In this document: one piece after another, positions 1-13,300 of the stretch
How positions within the stretch are numbered: the first letter of the stretch is position 1
How the letters are laid out: every line of letters starts with the position of its first letter
DNA from: Hydrolagus affinis
Lineage: Eukaryota
Direction of reading: 5' to 3'
Assembly (NCBI GenBank): GCA_012026655.1
Contig: JAAILG010000369.1
Coordinates: 1-64,000, forward strand
Length of the DNA stretch: 64,000 nucleotides
Program-made: the position numbers and the translations under genes
The notes under the pieces: model-generated
Seen by the model: only the letters and a program-made list of their open reading frames with translations
Database searches by the model: none
Told to the model about the DNA's origin: nothing

Positions 1-340
1 CAACCTTCCCTCTCCTCCCTCCCTCTCCCACCTTTCCTCCTCCCACAAACATAGTCAATTCACTATACAGTATATTCTGTGAAGTGTTTTGAGATGTGAA
101 AAGCACTATATCAAGTGCAAGAATTATTATTTTTGAGAATCTTGTAGCATGTTGGTTTACAATTACCAGTGGTCAGCAGCAAGTTATAATATTAGTTGAA
201 AGAAGGGCAGGTGTGGGAGTAAAATCAAGGTACACTTCACCAGCAATCAATCATCAATAATACGTTGATCAAAATTATTTTGTGATGACTGCGAAACAAA
301 TCTAGGTAGTTCAAACCAGTGTTATTGCAAACAAGCTGGT

Positions 341-346
341 TTTATT
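341..346 (-). terminator. Candidate CCPG1 polyadenylation signal AATAAA
   Basis: tttatt on + strand, ~800 nt downstream of the stop in AT-rich UTR-like sequence; other candidates exist (e.g. ~547). Confidence 0.45.
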
Positions 347-1144
347 TCAACACAAGTATATTCAGATCTGCAAGTCAGTCAGATTTGCATACACGTAAAA
401 CAAATGATATTCCTAATTCTTGGGACAATGTATGAACTCATAAAAGACTGAATCATAAAGAAATATTCTGTTTGGAATAAGCCAGCGTCTTTATTATTTA
501 TCAATGAAGTTTTCCATTTTATCATCAGTCACCTACATGTGTTCACTTTATTTGCTAAATGGAGAAAGGTACTTTCTTGCAACCAAGGTGAATTCAAATC
601 CAAAACATAAAGCATATCTACTCAACAGAAATTTAACACAGGTGAGTAGATCTGTACAAAAGCTTACACAAAAGTAGGGAAAACTAAAAGAACTGGGTTA
701 ATTTTCACCATAGAATAAAATTACAACCTTCAAATAGTGCAAAATTTAGCACACCAAATCTTCTTAATAATTTACACCTTATGAAATTTAAATTCACATG
801 ATAGCAAATTCCAAACTTGCCAAAGGATAGAGATTTGCATTTTCACACATGTTATACCATTGCATGCAAAGACTTAGCGAACACACTAAAGACCCTGCAA
901 TTTTAAAACTCTTAATACCAAACTACTTTGGCATAACATAACACACTTACAACACAACAAACAGCTTAGGAAGTTTCTAGCCAGTCTTTTGCTAATACAA
1001 AGGAGAAAATACTCTACTCTCATTACTTGAAATCAAATAAGATGCATATCGTTTTTTTTTAATGGCATCACTCTTAGGCATGTTTCATAAAGCAGCATTC
1101 AGATACGAGCATATTTAAGCACAGATTTATGCAGTTTACACCCA

Positions 1145-1370
1145 TCAATATTTTGGATCAAAAGGCATTGGACCCAACTCAATTTCAACATTTGCCATAT
1201 GTCTTCCATTGGTACGACTTCGCTTATTCCATTTCCGCTCCTTGTGATAAGCCTGTTGATGATAAGCCTGTTGATGATATTTCCGTTGATGTTTCTGATG
1301 TTTCGGGCCTTCAGCATTCTTAGATGACTGCTTTTCATACTGTTTGTATTTATGAGTGTTAAAAAGTCGA
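1145..1370 (-). CDS. CCPG1: CCPG1 last coding exon
   Basis: Acceptor ttttcag, phase 2; encodes ...[26 protein letters not shown] at 1145-1147. Confidence 0.93.
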
Positions 1371-4300
1371 CTGAAAAGTTAAGAAAAAGTTAATTTTTTT
1401 AGTATTAAAAGTTTCACAAATTGTACTGCTAATGTTTATCAGTCATTGAGTCAGATTATGTTTAAATTTTACAAACAAACATGATTCACTATATTGTGTG
1501 GCATAATAAAGCAGAACATTTTCGATTTTTAAAAAAATAAAGTGACCAACTCGATCCAATCCAGTTGAAAGTAATATTTATGCAACCCAAGAACTTTTTA
1601 AAATTAAACAAATAATAAACTGTTAAGTTTATTATAGCATCTATAACATCAAAGTGCTTCAGAAAGTTTCTGTGTTGGTGGGTGAACCTGGTAGCCAATT
1701 TGCACATAGCAATATCCCATAAACAGTCATGAAGTGAGTGATCAAATTTATATTGAGAATTGTTGGTCAGGACAGTGAGGAAAACTCCCTTCTCTTTTTT
1801 TAGTGTTATGGGACTTTGAATATCCACCTAATCACAATTGACAATGCAGCATGCCCCGGGAATGCACTGGAGTGAGCTCAAAGTCCTGATATGGGGCTTG
1901 AACACACAACCTTCCCATCCAGAAATGAATGTGTAAATCAACTGAACTACACTAACATTTAATTCAAGATTAATTTTAAGCCATATTTATAAATCTTAAC
2001 ACACAAAAAAAAATCTAGAGTTAAAATTGTTCAAATTTACCTTGGTCCAAACTGATTAAAATAAGTGTCACCAAAAAAGTGACGATAGATGTATTCATCC
2101 AGGTCATCAAAAGGGTCATTTTTGCCTTCTTGATTCTCAACAATATCCTCCAGGTAATCCTCAACATCATTGACAAAATCAGAGAACAACATTTGGTCAT
2201 GTATGAAGAGGCCATTGTGGAAGAATTTGTTTATAAATTTCTCCAGTTCACCCCAGTGTTGGAAGTTGACATCCTCCTGTTGAAGATATTTATGCAGCAG
2301 GTCCTGGAAGTCTTCAACCTTGATGGGATCAAGGATTTTATTAAAGAGATAAAGGGATTCTTGATGGGCACATTCAAAGACATCAAAGCAGCCCATAGGG
2401 CCCTGGCGATAGGAATGTTTTCTAAATTGATCATAACCGTTTGTACGTTTGGCAAAGCTAGGTGACTCTTCAGGATTCATTTTATAGGGTTTCCCTGAAT
2501 CCTTGTGGAATTGCTCATTGGGTTTATAATGACCAGAATCTTTGCTTTGGTGAGCGGTTTGACGTTTGTATTCTTCTGAGCTACATGGGCGTTCATTAGA
2601 ACATTGATGGAAACCACGATGCCTAGCCCTTGCATCTCTTGATTCTTCTCGTCTTTTATTTTTGTAAAATAAATTTTTCGCTGAATCTTTGAAATGTCGG
2701 AATGTGGATTTGACCGAATCAGAGAACTTTTTAAGGTTCTCTTTTACAGCTTCTTTCGCCTGTTTAATTTTTTCCTTATGATGTCGCACAAACTCTTTGG
2801 TCGAGTTTTTCACAGCGTCAAAACTATTTTTAAATGAGTTCATGACATTTTCCTTGAATTGTGCTCTTTTGCCACCTTTCCCACCAAACTTTTCCTTTGA
2901 TGTTCTGGTATTCTTTGCCGAAGCCTTAACTTCAGGTTCATCTTCCTTTGCTTCTTTAGCTTCAACATAAAGGCGCTCCCACAAGTCAGAACGCTGCTGC
3001 TCAAAATCTAGTTTCTTCTCCAGCTCCGATAGTCTTGTTTGTAAACCTTCTTGATCTGATTGTACCATATCATCATCAGGTTGAAGCTGGCTCAAAGAAT
3101 CTAGTTCCATCCGCAAAGCTTCAGTAATTCTGCGTTCTTTGTCTAATTCCTTCCTTAACATCTGAGCTTCACTTACAAGAGTCTCTTTCTGTTGAAGGAA
3201 ACTCTGCACTTGTTGCTTTTCCACCTCCAAATGATCCTTTAGCTTCTGGTTCTCATTGATGATTGTTTCAGCATCGATACGTTTTCCCTCTAATGTTCTG
3301 ATCTGTTCCCTCAGGTTTCGAAGCTCACCTTGCAGCGAGGACAAAGCTTTTTCTTCCCTTTCCAGAGATTCCTTCATTCGCTCATTCTCTTTAGCAAGGT
3401 TTTGGTGCTGAAACTGAACAGACAGCTTCTCATCAACAGTCTGCTTCAAACGCATAGCCAAGTTTTCTCTATATGACTAGTCAAGTAATCAAAAACAGGA
3501 AGACTATTAAGCATGTACAGTGTGTGTAAGAGGCATTCACATTTATTATATACAAGCAGCATATACTTATATAAACAACCACAGGGGTAATAGTTTCTGC
3601 ATAAATGTTGCTATGATTTAGGCGCACAAAATCTATGCTATGATTTAGACACTGAGTTTTGAAAGTCTTCTCACTTATAGGCATAGGTCTAACTGAATGA
3701 CCATAGCAGTTACCACATATGTTCAACACAAAGTATTCACCAGGTGAAAGGGTTTAGGGAATATAGGGTTATGGCTCCCAGAAGCACAGAATAGACAATT
3801 TAAAGTATTATTTACACATACACAGGTGATCTTAGGAGTTGCTATGTGATTCAACATGGGAATAAAGAAGTGTAGGGGAAATGAAAGCATGAAAATACAA
3901 CTCCCATCTCCTGCTTCATGGATGCTATGTTGGAATTGATACATTAGTGGCAGAATTAATTTTCATCTTGTCAAACAATAAAGATTTAAAAGCCTTTAGA
4001 TTTGTTTTATTTATCCCTCATTCCATAGGTAACTTGTAAACAATAATCTTTATGATTTCCAACCGGACACAATACTTTATTGTGTTCCGCATTAAAAAAA
4101 AACTGAATAAGGAATCACAACAAGCTGACAATACATTTAGCCCTGAAATTGAAGCACATTGGATATCACCAGCAGAATGTTGTTAATTTGGATCCATTAC
4201 TTGTAATATACACGAATTGTGTTTTTGATGCACCCATATATATATATTTTATATATATATATATATACACACACACACATTTAATTTCAGAAAACAGTCT

Positions 4301-7300
4301 TATATCCAAGACCAGCTGAGTTACCTGAAGCTCAGTATGCGTTCGTCTGAGTTGCTGATTCTCCTTTGTCATTTTATCCATAAGTTCATTCACTGAAAGC
4401 ATCACATCTTGTTTTTCCTTTACTGGCTGCCCTGGTGTATCCTAAATTGTAACACACTTATTAATTGCCACTGGATGCACCCAGGACATTTTGAAAACTT
4501 TGCTGCTCTTCCTATAACTCAATACATTTATCCAGTGAGAAGCTAAATAGTAGAGTAGAAAGGTCCTACGTTTGATTCAGGTTGTACTAAGCCAGCAGAT
4601 CTTCAGTTGAAGCTGCACCAGAGGCACTAAAACTGGTCTAAGCACCCAGGATTGGGAGGTCAAACATTAGTTCCATGGGATATTTCATCCTTTAATGTTG
4701 TGCTAAGAGATTCTATTTATTTAGGAAAGTCACGGTTAAGCATAATACAAATCAATCAATCAAAACTTACATTTATATAGCGCCTTTCACGTCGAAAGGA
4801 CGTCCCAAGGCACTATACAGTTGGGTAGGGACAAGAGTAGGGGTGGTGGGGGGGTGGGGGGAGAGGTCGGGGCAGGATAATAATAACAAAATAATCCTTG
4901 GATTTGCTATAGCGCTTTTCACATCTTATCGACGTCCCAAAGCGCTTCACAGAATATACTGTAGTGAATTGACTGTATATTTGTGGGAGAAACGCGGCAG
5001 CCAAATTGCGCACAGCAGTGTCCTACAAACATTCGCGAAAATGGGGCCAGGGAAGAAAGGAGGAAAAGAGGGCAAAGGGAAAGGGGGAGGGAAAGGTGGG
5101 GCAAGGTCATGGAGGAAGAGGGGAGAGAAAGCGGTGTAAGGGGGATAGGGAGGGAAAAGTGGGTGGGGGGCAAGATTAGGGAGAAAGGGAGGTAAGAGGG
5201 AAGAGGGAGGGAAGGGGAAAAACAGGGAGAGAAAGTGGGGAAAAGGAGTGAGGGAAGAAGAAAGCACTCTTTGTAGTGATGCTTGTATGCGTTATTACCC
5301 ACCTTGTCTATAATTGCATCTTGCTCTTTCTGGCATTGAAAGAGATCATCTCTAACATCGTTTATTTCATCTTCATGGAGTTTCATTGTTAGTTTCTGTT
5401 GCTTCAGAATCTGGGAAGTTCCTGTAAACAGCCAATAAAAAGCACACCATGGCACTATAAAAAATGCAGTTTTCTTGGAAACACAGGCTACTCAGAGTAG
5501 TAGTAATGTTGAACAGCCACCCAATAAAAATCAGTCGATGCTGCATCGCTTAACTCCTTCAAAAAAAAACTTATTCATGCCTCAGAAAAGCATCCGAAGT
5601 GCATAAAGACAGATGAAGACCAAAGTGAACATTCAACAAGACACCATTTCTGGAGGGTTTGGGGTCAGACTGTGAAAGGAAGGTCAGGGTTGAATAGAAG
5701 TTGGGCAAGTGGAAGGGGGCAAGCATTAGATGAATCTATTGCAGCTTTTACCCAATTATATTGGAGTTCTGGGAGCATCTGCACAATACTACCCCCCTCC
5801 CCCACCAAGAAGTAGCATGGTAGGATAGGTTTTTGTGTAGGAAAGGAAGGCAAGCGCTTGATAAGCCAAAAGACTGCTCTCATTCCACATTTTCTTGTAG
5901 TCCATGTATCTTTCACCGCTTGCAATACTGGTTATTATTTCAAAACTATTACCAAACTATTACTTTCACAATCCATGTGAGAGTATTTCACACTAGTAAA
6001 ATAGGAAATGCTGCTCTGAGATCTGCAAAGGGGAGAAAGAAGGAAAGAGAAGTAAAAGACCACTATTGGTGCAAACTTCTTACGATAAACCTGAAGGAAA
6101 AATATATTTAAAGTTTTCTAATTTACTACTTTTTCTCTACATGAATTGAAGAGTTGATGTGACTGAGTTTGTACCTCTTGGATCACTGCAGATATAAAAC
6201 ATGAATGTACTGTACCTAGAAAAAAATCTTCATACAATGTCTCACTTCAGCAATTTTTGTCTTATGCTCAACAGGTCAATTGGTTTCACTGAATTCAAAG
6301 GATTAAATTTAAAAACATGTTTTCTTCACCTTTACCTACTGAATAGGTTGCACAATGCAAACAAAGTCATGGCGAACTGCAAATGCGTATCAGTCTTGAA
6401 TTATATCTTGTTTCAAAGAAGAAATCTACCCATCCTTAATTGGGAAAGAAAATAACTATTCCTTACCCTGTAGATATATTCACCTCTGTATAAATTACTC
6501 TTGAAGTAGATCTAGTTAAGAATAGTATTAGTTTTCATACAAAATGCAATTTCAAGTTTAAGTTGATCTCCAGAGCAATTTAAGTATTTTAACAGGTTTC
6601 AATTTTCAAAATTCATGCTAATGCTTCTTGAGAGTAAAGCATTTCATATTACAGTAATATGTTACTCATGCCCAGCAATAATAAGATCTCTACAAATAAG
6701 AGTATTGAAATTGTTAAAGTCTTTTTCGATAAAACTTTAAAAAAAGTCTCGAAATAAAATGCATTCTTTGAGAAGTGATTATTTTAAAAATAATTTACAT
6801 TAAATGTTCTGTAATTAACAAATTATCATTTCAGCTATGGATTCAGCCTTGAATGGAAGACTTTCTGCCAATTGGATGGTTCCTACCCAAATGAGTTTAG
6901 GCAATCTCCAAGCAAGTTCCCCATTTCAATGCACCACTGCGAGAGGTGTCTGGCACGGCCAATGAAACAAAACTGCTATCAAATTTATACAAATTGTCCA
7001 TCTTGATTCAGAAAGGCCAAGCTATAAAGGGTATCTAGTGCCAAAAAATGTTTTAAATACTAGAAGTAGAAAATGTGGCTCTACATTTGCGGATAGCCAT
7101 GTTACATCTTGACACAAGAGTGCTTCATGACAGTAACTGTCCAGCCTTCCTCAGTAGACATCCTTTATCTTGACAGGAAAAAGAAAAGAAACAGTACACC
7201 AGAGAGGCGAGACAACTATCAGCCGAGTTATGGATTTTAAGTTTAATGAGGGCCATCAAGAACCTGGGCGAGTCTCTAATTGTCAGTTACCTCATGAGAT

Positions 7301-10300
7301 TCACTTCATACCTGTCTTTTGTGTGAATTGCTAAGAACATAAGCAAACAATTTCAGAAAGATCGAGAACTTGGTGGTGAGGAAAACTATGCACAGATTCT
7401 CACAAAAGCACCCACCCTTGATTTTAACCTGAAATTAAAGTTACACACGTCAATGGATTTGCACTGATATGAAGCAACAAACTCCTTTAGTGGCGGTTGA
7501 TCTTCAATTTCCCATTAATAAAAACATCAATCATAATCAGCATGCTATTGGAAAACCTAGATGAGATTACTCGCTTTATACACTGTTTCTGTATATTAAC
7601 TGATTTCAGCTTTTACAAAATGTATTACAAATAGCTTTACATGTTTTTAACAAAGCATCAAAACCTAAAAGTCTTGGCGATATCTGTGTTACTGCATAAG
7701 GACAGCATTCAATATTAAATCACATTTTACATGCTGCACAATTAAATACTAAATGAATACTTCTAATAATTTCACATCAAACCCAGGCACCAGATTTTTT
7801 TTTGGGGGGGAGGGGGGGTGATGGAAGTGGGTGGAGGAGACTTTACTTCACTGAAAGAGCTATACCATTTGTTACAATAAGTAGAATAGAATATGTGGTA
7901 GTTTCTTAATCTGGCCAGGATAATTTACTTTTAAAAGAACAATAACTCTTCTAGTGTTTTAAAACAAGATTGCAAGATTGGTATGGTACTAATATGCATG
8001 CAGTCCTGAAGTATCAATTCCAGAGGTGGGGTGGTGGAGAGAGAAACGGCCCCAACTCCTAAGAGTGATCAATCTCAACTGTACCAGCTTAAGAGTTCAG
8101 GACGAAGGGATGCACTTCCCTTATTGGGAAGGGAGAGGTATAAAAGGATATTTGTACCATCATGAATCAGCTGTTGCATGTTGAGAGCACATCAGTCCTA
8201 CCTGTCGATGGATATGTTTGTCAAACAGAAATTTTAATTAATTAAATGGTAAACGATTAGGGCACTGCTACAATAAAACTTGCAATATCAAGAAAGGTTC
8301 CCACACAGCTGTCAATCAGGTTAATATGTCCACACCATTCTCATAACTGTTGTTATTGTACTTACTGTCTGTCTTACCTTCGAATGCACCTGAAAATGTA
8401 TAAAACCATGAGGTGGATCATAGAACATGAAGTGATTTGAGACATTGCAACAGAAAGCCATTTAAATTACATGAACAAGACAAAATATCTGGAAAGTTTA
8501 TAACCCAGCCACAGACAAAAAAGTCAGCCCTCATTCTTCATAAATGCACATTTTAATTTTATTCTATGTAAAAGCATATCTATTTTCTCCTTTTCCTTTT
8601 GTTATTTTATTGATATTTTTTCCTTTTAAAATTCTCTCTTTTGGCTGACATACAGAATAACGCAATTTTCTGGGTCTAGCATATCCAAAGAGTTCTAAAG
8701 CATCAATGACTCGTGCAACAGCTATTTCTCACTATATCTTTGCAGCATTTGAGAAGATTATAAAAACTCCTTCTGAATCTTATCGTGTGCAAGTTTCCTA
8801 AATAAATGCTCGAAATGAGAAATTCAGCTAAATCTATAACCATTTGTGCATTTTAAAAATAAGGGTATTTCACATTTTGAGCAACAAATAAAGTGCTGCA
8901 AGATTATTTTTGATCTAGCAAATAATTCCTACCCTGAACAACGCAAGTTTTCCCTCAATAACCCATGGCAAAGCTTAACACTGCCTTGCTAATTATTAAC
9001 TGCTTAGTCTCGCAATTTTTATCCCCCCCACCCTTCCAGAAATTGAGACCCCATTCTGGCAGAGGAGGAGAAAAGTGAGCTAATACGCTTGAAACATTAT
9101 TTAGGATTGTTGAACACAAAATTCTGTCTTTTATTGGAAACTGATTTTATTTATTTATGAGGGTACGTTTCTGCCTCTGAAAAAATACAACTTTATACTG
9201 CCTTTACTATTTGTGTAAATGCATCTTTTTCCCTATGTATGGCTTTGCTGATGCCCACCCCTCCTTCATCTTTCGGTGTCTAAGATGGTAGGTCACCAGC
9301 TAAAAGCTGTTTTTAAGGCACCAATGCGGCACTACCAATGCAGTTCTTGGCCAGACTCCAAAAGCCTCATAATGATGAACTAGAAGACACCACCATCAGA
9401 TTTCTCCTCTCGCTTGTAGCAGATGCTTTGGCACTGCACTGACATCTGAAACTCAGCGTAGCAGAATCGAAAGGTATAAAATCGATAGTTTTCACTCTGT
9501 TGTGCTAGAGCATTACTGCATAAATGCTGCAGTTACACTAAGAGTTCTAGCTGACACTGGCATGTGCTTTTAAAGTGTAAACACAGAGAACATACTACCC
9601 TACCCGTTCTACTGCATTCCAGTCAGAGGAGCACAAACACCTGCTCAAAAGTATAAAACTGACAGTGAAACTGTCAATTATAGAAAGAACTGGCAAGGCA
9701 ATCTTTTTTAAATTTGTAAGGTTGGTTTTGCATTTACACAGCAACAAAAAATGCAAGGCCATCTCCCAATGTTGGACGCATCAGAACTCCAAATGTCAAA
9801 GCGATGCCAGTTTCAACTACAGTTATTCTGCAGCAGAAATTGTTTCAAAACACAAAGTATGTGATAGAACTGTATTATGAAAGGGAAGTAAAACAAACTG
9901 ATCCACCAAATATGCAAACTGAAGAGCTGTCCAAGGTCAGGGCACAACCTACTTTTACTGCTAGTTAGTAAAGTCACACTCCAATAACATACCATAGAAG
10001 TGTCCAAATCCCATGCTGAAAGCTATAACCAGTGCAAGTAAAATGCATTTATTCAGGGTAGTATTGAACCGATGGCGAATCTGCTCCTCGGGTTGCTTCT
10101 GCTCTGGCTCCTCCTCATCGGGTTTCTCCTCAGTTTCTGAAGCAGACATTGTTCTTTTTCTAGTACGGCGTCTTCGCACCACATGACTCGCCAGATCACT
10201 GGTTTCATCGCTGCTCGATTCATCTCTGTTCGGTTCAAATGAGGAAACTGAAAAAAAAGATAACCTCTATAAGGACTTCAGTGAAAGGCTGCTCCATTAT

Positions 10301-13300
10301 ATCCAATTTATTAGCTACAAGGGTATTTATCAACTTTAGATCCCATTGTATACAAGTGCTCTGTGCCTGTGGTACTTAAATTCAAAAAGTTGACGATCAA
10401 AAAGACAGTTAAAATGACTCCACTAAATCATAATCACTTTCCAATCTGATTGCCTACCTGGTTGTTCTAAAAAATGCTCATTTTATACTGCGGGGCAAAG
10501 GGGTCAGAGTCAGCACATAAGTGGAAGTATGGTTTGCTCAGCATGGTTTTCTCTCTGTCAACACAATTTAATCTCTAGTCCGTGCCAAGAAAACTAACCA
10601 ATTTCAGCCAGAACAACAGGATGTCCGTGAGGGCATTTTACACGGGAGCAAATGAAAGGGATGAATCACACTTGCCCATGTGATCGACAGGTGTCAATCC
10701 TGAACTCAGAGAAACTTTGTGTGTAGCCCCGGTTTGGGGCAACTGATTTTCAGGCAAGTAACATGGTTTTGTTCTCCAAAAGAATACTGGATTCTGTAAT
10801 TTAGGATGTGGAATTGCCACCCTTTAAAATGCAATGCAGCATTAGAAAAATATTTACTGTGCTTAATATTTCAAAATAAAAGATACAGAACAGCACGAAT
10901 GCTGACTTGTCAGAAGCAAAACAGCACTTATTGAAATGCTCTTATCATATATACAATAAATATAGGTAACTGTATACGACTATCAATAAATTAAATATAG
11001 TATAAGAATTTCCTAGACAGTAGTGAGGAAAGCTTTTTAAAAATCCAGAAGTTCTTTCAGCACTCTGTAGAGAAATACCAAGCACAAGGTTTAACTGTAT
11101 GATAAAAACTCACCACCAGAAACTTGGTTTAAAGTAATACAACATTCTAAAAGTCTCACAGAAATAAAATGAAGTAGGTAGATATTCTAACCTTTGCCTA
11201 TATTTAAAATACAAGTACTGTAATTAGATTTAAAACACATTTCCCAACAGCACAATCGAATCAATAAGTCTGTGGGAAATACCATAACCACGGTTTATAT
11301 ACCCGGCTAGTTGTATCTTCTGCCTGCCCTCGATATGATAGGTGTCTTGAAAGGCAAGCTGTGCTGCATACAGATCTCAGCATTAAGAAAAGTACACTAG
11401 GAAATATCACCCAGTGTCTGAAATTCAAGTTTGTATTCATCCTTTGTATTAAATGGTGTCTCACGTATCACACCAGACAATTTTGTGCATGTCAATTGCT
11501 AATGCTGAAAGACTATCCCACAGATGAAAATCTTTACTGGTCCAAAAGAGTGAACAAGCAAGCCCAAGGAAAAAATGAAAGCTTACTGTATGATTTATTA
11601 CAACAAATTCAATTTACAAAAATGCAAGCATGCACGTCACTGCAAACTAAATGTTGCTGTTTGTATTAATCAGTTGAAATGCTAATTGTTTTTAACTAAG
11701 CTTTTTTGCTACTAAAATAAAGTTCACATGAATACAATTCAAGAGGTTAATCTACAGTTGTTTCAGCTGAGTAGACTCAACTACTAGTTGAATCATGCAA
11801 AGTAGAATTGATTAGACTAGCTGATGCAAACCTTGGGCCATCTCCTCCTGACACTATACAAATGTAATTTGTGTTATTGTAAGACATTTTCTTCTCAATA
11901 ATAATTCTGTGCCCTAAGTCTTTGTCCAAAATTGTCTTCCTCACTACAATCATTGCCTGATGTGGAAAATGGTAGTGTCATACCAGAAAGTAGGTGACCT
12001 TCTGAAATTAGGGTTAAATATCACTGTTGATAGAATGTAACGGGAACTCTATCCTGGATCTAAGTCATGTTACGATAAAAATGAGAACGTTCAACCCTAA
12101 TATTGAGTGCAACATCATTCTTTCCTTAGCATGAACATTTCCACACCTTCATGCATACAGATTACGTGCAATGCTTTACCATAGTAAACTCAAGCTAAAA
12201 AGCTCAAAATAAAAATTTGAAACATAAACAGCTTAAAGTACATGCAGTGTGTGTGGTGAGGGGGGTGCGGAGTAACAAGGAATGTGATTTACGGAGTAAC
12301 AAGGTTCAAGGAAATCGTCTTAACTAATTCATCCAAATAAATCATCCGGGTATCAACAGTAGTTACATAGCAATGTCAGGGAAGCAGACCAGCAGTCGAT
12401 AATTCTAGCCCAAGATAATTCTTCTCTAGATCTTCAAATTAGACTGTCAAAACTACCTCTTGCAGAGCAAGTCAATTAAGTGAATGCTTTAAGCTTTCTT
12501 TTTAACTGCTAAGCACCCATTGTTAGGGAGGTCTCAATTAGGAACTAACAACGGCAGTGCATCGAATGATGCATTGACAAAGACATCTCTTTCCAAAGGT
12601 TACTCATATGCCTAATTTTACTTTTTGTAGCAAAATACATTTTTTTTTAAAAAGAGAGCTGACAAACACACCTACGTACTCTACAATTATGAAATTGTCT
12701 ATTACGTTTCACCCACAAAATACAATCAAATCCATTTTAACAGGATATGCTATGAAGCTCAATGACATAAGGTGCTACACCAAATGCAATTATTATTAAA
12801 ACTACAACATTAAATTCTTTAATTTAAAGAATTAACTAAAGTACAAACTGCATGAACTAATTTATAATAATGGCAAACAAAAAAAAGTGGATAGAGACTG
12901 ATTAACATGAATTTACTAAGGCTGAGAAAGTAATTCTAATCTACCGGGAGAATAAACTAGTGCTCTAACATTAGCTGCCCATTAGTATTGCACAGAAAAA
13001 AGGAAAGCATGTGAGCTGGTGCCACCATTGCTCAATGGTTGCACAGTGAACATTAAAAACATAAATGCAATCCCTGATCATGTGGTTTGGCTTAATTCCA
13101 AAGTGTATGGCACATACAAACTAAAGCAGCAGCTTTGTATTGTTTATATTAGTTAACAAATTACAGGTGATTTTAAATATAAAGTCAGGGCAAATAAAGC
13201 ATTGGACTATTTACCAAATAAAAAGATTGTTCAACATTTGTTCTGGACATAGAAGGGGCTCCTCATTGGATATTTTTAAAAATTAATAAATGTACTATAA

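Noticed and set aside
2079-2465. 128-aa + strand ORF
   Set aside because: Antisense shadow of the CCPG1 large exon
4813-5455. Several overlapping 66-178 aa ORFs
   Set aside because: Produced by a purine-rich tract plus a SINE; only 5303-5421 is a real exon
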